Part shown: piece after piece, positions 59,496-64,000 of the stretch | Layout of the letters: the number at the start of each line of letters is the position of its first letter | Numbering within the stretch: position 1 is the stretch's first letter | Assembly: GCA_964291655.2 (NCBI GenBank) | Contig: OZ219801.1 | Coordinates: forward strand, 96,001 to 160,000 | Source of the DNA: Chloroflexota bacterium | GTDB lineage: Bacteria; Chloroflexota; UBA11872; VXOZ01 | Direction: 5' to 3' | Length of the DNA: 64,000 nt | Translations under genes and position numbers: made by a program | Notes under the pieces: model-generated | What the model saw: only the letters and a program-made list of their open reading frames with translations | Databases searched by the model: none | Told to the model about the DNA's origin: nothing

Positions 59496-60233
59496 TTGCC
59501 CACGCTCCGCGCCGGCTGCGCGGCGTTTGACGTTGCCCTCTATCCCAACCAGGTACGGCGATTGCAAGACTACATGACGCTGCTTTTGGGACAGCGCGGG
59601 CAAGTAAATCTTACTGGAATTCGCGATCTCGCGCAGGCAGAGCGGCTGCTTCTACTAGAGTCTATTGCTGCCGCAATTGCCTTGCCAATCCTGCGTGCAC
59701 CTCCCAGCGGCACTGTGGCGCTCCGGCTCTTGGACGTTGGCACCGGCGGCGGTATTCCGGGAATACCTTTGGCAATTGCCTTTCCACATCTCTCAGTCAC
59801 GCTGATCGAAGCGACACGCAAGAAGGTGGACTTTCTGGGGCACGCCGTGCGATCGCTGGGCCTCAAAAACGTTGAAGCGCTGTGGGGACGAGCGGAAGAA
59901 CAAGGTCACGTGGCGGCGCTTCGTGAGCAGTATGACGTCGTTACGGTGCGGGGTGTGGGCGGACTTGCTACGGTGACCGAACTGGCACTGCCGTTCTGTG
60001 CGTTGGGCGGCAGGCTATTAGTCTACAAGTCTTTACCGCTAGACTCTGAAATTCAAGCGGCAATGCACGCGATCAATGTACTTGGCGGAGGCAGGCCGCG
60101 CGTTACGCCGTTCAATCTGCCTGAATTACCGCAGCAGCACTGTGCAGTGACCCTAAGTAAGGCCGCAGGCACGCCACAGCAGTATCCGCGCCGTGACGGG
60201 CTACCTGCCCGGCGCCCGCTCACAGAAACCTAG
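59496..60233 (+). CDS. rsmG: 16S rRNA (guanine527-N7)-methyltransferase
   Basis: NLTGI, LDVGTGGGIPG, IEATRKKVDFL, RAEE, YPRRDG; start uncertain. Confidence 0.9.
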   Translation: MPTLRAGCAAFDVALYPNQVRRLQDYMTLLLGQRGQVNLTGIRDLAQAERLLLLESIAAAIALPILRAPPSGTVALRLLDVGTGGGIPGIPLAIAFPHLSVTLIEATRKKVDFLGHAVRSLGLKNVEALWGRAEEQGHVAALREQYDVVTVRGVGGLATVTELALPFCALGGRLLVYKSLPLDSEIQAAMHAINVLGGGRPRVTPFNLPELPQQHCAVTLSKAAGTPQQYPRRDGLPARRPLTET

Positions 60234-60354
60234 ATCTACCCAGTCACACGCAGCGCCGTCGCGATTCTCTATGGGATGCTCAGGAGAATGCGCGTCGCTT
60301 GGACAATGGCGGCTGTTTGTTGCTGCATGCGCATGCAACATCTGCACGTCTTGC

Positions 60355-61104
60355 TCATAGAAGTTCCGCCGCCGCACTGTCTACGAACACGGTGACGTGG
60401 CGGTGGAGTTGGAGGAAAGAGGCAGGAACCTGCGGCGTAAGCGGGCCGGCAATGGCCCGGTGGACTGCCTGTGCTTTGGTGGCGCCGCTTGCCAAGAGCA
60501 GAATGCGCTCGGCCTTGAGAATCGTCCCCATGCCCATCGTTATGGCACGGCTGGGGAATTCACTGAGGCGGGCAAAGTGGCGCGGATCAGTTTCGCTCCA
60601 GTATTCGAACGCCAGACGACGAGTCTCAGCACTGAGGCGCGCCACGTGGACGTTCGCGCGCAACTCGAGCCCCGGTTCATTAAAGCCCACATGCCCGTTC
60701 AGGCCGACCCCTAGCACCGCTAGATCGAGGTATCCCGCGCCCGCAATGGCATTCTCATAGGCATGGCATTCGACGTGCGGGTCCGGTGCGGCGCCATTGG
60801 GAATATGCACTTGACTCGGCTGCAGGTTTATGTGACCCAAGAAATGGTCCCGCATGTAGGTGTGGTAGCTTGCGGGATGTTCCGGCGACAGGCCAAGGTA
60901 TTCATCGAGATTGAACGTTTGCACCCGTGAGAAGTCAGCGGTGCCTCGTCGATGCGCCGCCACAAGCTGCCGGTACATTCCTATGGGTGTTGCGCCCGTG
61001 GGCAGCCCCAGCACCAGGTCCGGTTTCTCGCCAATAGCCTTACAGACGGTTTCCGCCGCACACAGACTCAGGTCTTCGTACGACGGCACCGTAACGACTT
61101 CCAT
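60355..61104 (-). CDS. nagB: Glucosamine-6-phosphate deaminase
   Basis: LGLPTGATP, TFNLDEY, GVGLNGHVGFNEP, AITMGMGTI, PASFLQLH. Confidence 0.93.
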   Translation of the reverse strand: MEVVTVPSYEDLSLCAAETVCKAIGEKPDLVLGLPTGATPIGMYRQLVAAHRRGTADFSRVQTFNLDEYLGLSPEHPASYHTYMRDHFLGHINLQPSQVHIPNGAAPDPHVECHAYENAIAGAGYLDLAVLGVGLNGHVGFNEPGLELRANVHVARLSAETRRLAFEYWSETDPRHFARLSEFPSRAITMGMGTILKAERILLLASGATKAQAVHRAIAGPLTPQVPASFLQLHRHVTVFVDSAAAELL

Positions 61105-61273
61105 TTGCCTCCCTTTCTTGTCCGCGCCCATTATACACAGTTGCGTGCCAAACAAGCGGCAGCCCGATTTGCGGGCAAAGCGTTGCCTATTAGGACAAGC
61201 ATGGTGCTCCGCAGTATACTTGCAGGCAAGTCAACGCCAATGCTATTCGCCCGTGATTGCAAGGTGAAAGACC

Positions 61274-62467
61274 ATGAATATCCGTCCTGACGAACTCTTC
61301 GCTCACATTAAATCGGAAGAGTTGGTGGCACTTGCCGCCGGCCTCGCGCGAATTCCCAGTGAGATTCCCAACGAAGGCGCAATCGCTGAGTTTCTTGCTG
61401 CCGAGATGCGCAAGTCCGGCGCTTTCGATGAAGTGCAAATGCAAGATGTCGTAGCGGGCCGGCCCAACGTCATCGGCATAGTGCGGGGCAGCGGCGGTGG
61501 CCCGAATCTGCTGCTCAACGGCCACATCGATACGGGCGCGCCTGCAGGCGACTGGTCGCGTGACCCCTACGACGCGTACGAGGAAGACGGGTATCTCTAC
61601 GGGTTCGGGCTTACGGACATGAAAGGTGCGGTCGCCTGCTTGGTAAAGGCAGCCGAAGCGGTTGCGCGCGCTGACGTGCGCCCGACGGGGGACCTAGTTG
61701 TTACCGCAGTGGTGCACCATGACGTGTGCGGCTTGGGCACGAAGTTCTTTCTCGAGTCGAATGATCGGCCGTTCGCAATGTGCATCAACGGCGAACCGAC
61801 CGGACTGCGCCTCCAGCTCGCTCACGGCGGCGCCTGGCAGTTCGAATTGACGACCCACGGAATCGCCGAGCACATTAGCCGCCGCGATGGTGGTGTGGAT
61901 GCCACCAAGAAGATGATTAAACTGCTTGCCGCCTTGGACGAGAGCGCATTGACGTTTGATCCTGCCCAAGCCTTGGAAGGACTGCCCCGCCTCGTCGTCG
62001 GCCAAATCAACGGAGGAACCGCAGCTTCACGCACTGCCGACCATTGCACTGCCCGCGGCGATGTACGCATCGTTCCCGGCATGACCGCTGAGTCCTTGAC
62101 CGCTGATTTCAGGCGGGTGATGGCGGAGGTCGCAAAAGACGATCCGGAGTTTCGCGCCGATCTCCGCACCTTGGTGTACCAGCGCCCATTTCGCATTGAA
62201 CCCGACGCCTCGGTTGTGGCGCTTACGGCCCAGGCACACCGCGACGTAAATGGAGCAGAGCCCGAGACCTCAACCGGACTTCCGGTGTGCAGCTACGTCA
62301 CGGACTCCTCCGACATCGTGCGTCACGGAATCCCAACCGTAGTCTACGGCCCCAGCAATTGGCGCATGGTGCCGGACGAACGCATCAGCATCGCGGAAAT
62401 GGTAGCCGCCACGAAAGTCTACGCCCTTGCCGCGGCACGAGTTGTCACAGGTCAATATTCTGATTAG
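61274..62467 (+). CDS. M20 family metallo-amidohydrolase (ArgE/DapE-like), divergent active site
   Basis: LLNGHIDT, DMKGA, GEPT, GIPTVVYGP. Confidence 0.85.
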   Translation: MNIRPDELFAHIKSEELVALAAGLARIPSEIPNEGAIAEFLAAEMRKSGAFDEVQMQDVVAGRPNVIGIVRGSGGGPNLLLNGHIDTGAPAGDWSRDPYDAYEEDGYLYGFGLTDMKGAVACLVKAAEAVARADVRPTGDLVVTAVVHHDVCGLGTKFFLESNDRPFAMCINGEPTGLRLQLAHGGAWQFELTTHGIAEHISRRDGGVDATKKMIKLLAALDESALTFDPAQALEGLPRLVVGQINGGTAASRTADHCTARGDVRIVPGMTAESLTADFRRVMAEVAKDDPEFRADLRTLVYQRPFRIEPDASVVALTAQAHRDVNGAEPETSTGLPVCSYVTDSSDIVRHGIPTVVYGPSNWRMVPDERISIAEMVAATKVYALAAARVVTGQYSD

Positions 62468-62479
62468 GCCGAACTAAAC

Positions 62480-62514
62480 CTAATCGCCTCAAGAGTAACT
62501 CTGGAGGCGATTAG
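62480..62514. terminator. Stem-loop between convergent genes
   Basis: CTAATCGCCTC-AAGAG..CTCTG-GAGGCGATTAG. Confidence 0.65.
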
Positions 62515-62589
62515 CTTGTCCAGCCGCTCTGAACATGCGGGAATTGTGCCGTCATCTGGAAGCCGCTTCTTCCCCACGCACGTTGCGGA

Positions 62590-63519
62590 CTATGACTCGC
62601 TTCCATTGGTGCGCGGTTGGTTGGGAGTGGAGTCAACAATTCCGCTCAGACCTCCCGCCAACGTCGCCAGCTCCATGGGGAAGATCCACTTGGTGGAAGG
62701 ACTTTCGGCCATGTTCTGCAGCGTTTGCAGATACTGTATGAGCATTGTGTTGGAATCCACCGTTTGCGCGATTTGGAAAACATGGTTGATTGCGGTTGCG
62801 TAGCCCTCTGCGCGCAGCGATTGTGCCTGTTTCTCCGCCTCTGCACGCAGGATTGTGGCCTGCCGATCGCCTTCCGCCTTTAGGATTTCAGACTGTTTGG
62901 CGCCTTCTGCCACCAGGATCGCCGACTGCTTCTGACCGCCGGCCTCAGTGACCATGGCGCGCCGGTTACGTTCGGCGGACATCTGGCGGTTCATAGCGTC
63001 CTGCACGTCGCGCGGCGGCAGGATTTCGCGAATCTCCACCGTCGTTACCTTCACGCCCCAGCGCGCGGTCACTTCATCGAGCTTCGCACGGAGGATGTTG
63101 TTTATCTGCTCACGCTTCGCGAGCACGTCGTCCAGGGAAATATCGCCAATCACGGCGCGTAGGGTAGTAGTGGCTATACCTTGCGAGGCTCCCGCAAAGT
63201 TCGCCACCTGCACGACACTATCGGTGGGTTCCGTAACCTTCCAATAGATGAGAAAGTCAATGAGTATTGGCGCGTTATCTGAGGTAATGCAGCTCTGTTG
63301 CGGAATTTCGAGAAACTGCTCGCGCAGGTCGACGCGGACCGGCCGGTCGATGATGGGCCAGAGCCAGACGATCCCCGGTCCTCGCGGTTCGGACATAACG
63401 CGTCCCAGCCGAAAGACCACCAGCCGCTCATATTCCGCCACAATCTTGATGGCAGAATATAATAGCCAAAGTAAGAGAACTACCAGGACTACAATCAGAA
63501 CAATGAGTTGGCCATCCAT
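62590..63519 (-). CDS. SPFH/band 7 (stomatin-like) protein
   Basis: EYERLVVFRLG, RVDLRE, TTLRAVIG, WGVKVTTVEI, QMSAERNRRA. Confidence 0.93.
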   Translation of the reverse strand: MDGQLIVLIVVLVVLLLWLLYSAIKIVAEYERLVVFRLGRVMSEPRGPGIVWLWPIIDRPVRVDLREQFLEIPQQSCITSDNAPILIDFLIYWKVTEPTDSVVQVANFAGASQGIATTTLRAVIGDISLDDVLAKREQINNILRAKLDEVTARWGVKVTTVEIREILPPRDVQDAMNRQMSAERNRRAMVTEAGGQKQSAILVAEGAKQSEILKAEGDRQATILRAEAEKQAQSLRAEGYATAINHVFQIAQTVDSNTMLIQYLQTLQNMAESPSTKWIFPMELATLAGGLSGIVDSTPNQPRTNGSES

Positions 63520-63614
63520 AACAGGTTACCCTCTCTTTAGTGCACACTACATCCCGCTGATGTCCAGCCTGCCGAGCGGCTGCACCTCCTTAGTCCAAAC
63601 CGGCTTGCCCCGGA

Positions 63615-64000
63615 CTACATCGAAATCGCTGGAATCTCCGGCGCCGGCCCTACAACCAGTGCCAATCCGTCTACGTCATAGACCCAAATCTGATCCCCCT
63701 CCTGGACCGACGTGCCCATAGTTCTTGCCGACCACTCCTCACCGGCAACCCGGACAACACCCTCCGGGTCCAACGCCGTCAACGCCAGTCCTTCCTGCCC
63801 GACTATGCGCCGCTGGCCGCGGAATTGCTGGGGTTCATTCTGTGACTGAGCGGCAATTCTCAGCAGCAGAAGGAGAAAGGCGACTGTGAGCGCTACCATG
63901 AAGCCAAGCACCCATGGCGACACAAAGAACGGACCGCCAAACGGCGAGGTAAGCGGTTGATAGAGCAGGAGCGTCCCGAGCACGAGTGCAACTACACCGC
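63615..64000 (-). CDS. NfeD-family membrane protein, C-terminal part (truncated by window edge)
   Basis: TM helices plus OB-fold LDPEGVVRVAGEEWSA; upstream of the SPFH gene. Confidence 0.85.
   Translation of the reverse strand, partial: GVVALVLGTLLLYQPLTSPFGGPFFVSPWVLGFMVALTVAFLLLLLRIAAQSQNEPQQFRGQRRIVGQEGLALTALDPEGVVRVAGEEWSARTMGTSVQEGDQIWVYDVDGLALVVGPAPEIPAISM

Overview
GC-rich bacterial chromosome segment, most likely Chloroflexota (inference from gene content and protein style; not proven). It contains a central-metabolism block (sucCD, 2-oxoacid:ferredoxin oxidoreductase alpha/beta, a non-classical succinate dehydrogenase sdhAB with a CCG-domain anchor, mdh, and further along acnA and a split transketolase). 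It also holds a large catabolic set (seven Gfo/Idh/MocA oxidoreductases, AKR, SDRs, MDR, an enolase-superfamily enzyme, CoA transferase-thiolase-reductase, a Tat-exported solute-binding lipoprotein) and a housekeeping block (tRNA-Leu(CAG), greA, radC, lepB, HIT, rsmG, nagB, M20 hydrolase, SPFH/NfeD). No transposase, cas gene or prophage gene is visible. Main discoveries: (1) a 121-codon gene missing from the ORF track (29149-29514) encoding an HMA-fold metal-binding protein whose second metal ligand is an in-frame TGA followed by a SECIS-like hairpin, i.e. a probable C-x3-U selenoprotein, bracketed by inverted palindromic repeats; (2) GreA fused to a tyrosine-integrase-like core-binding domain directly behind a tRNA; (3) a signal peptidase with an (EVVVFD)n tandem tail and a possible ACG start; (4) at least five families of small palindromic elements, two inserted in frame into proteins, one in a 71-bp tandem array and one nested in a MITE-like shell.
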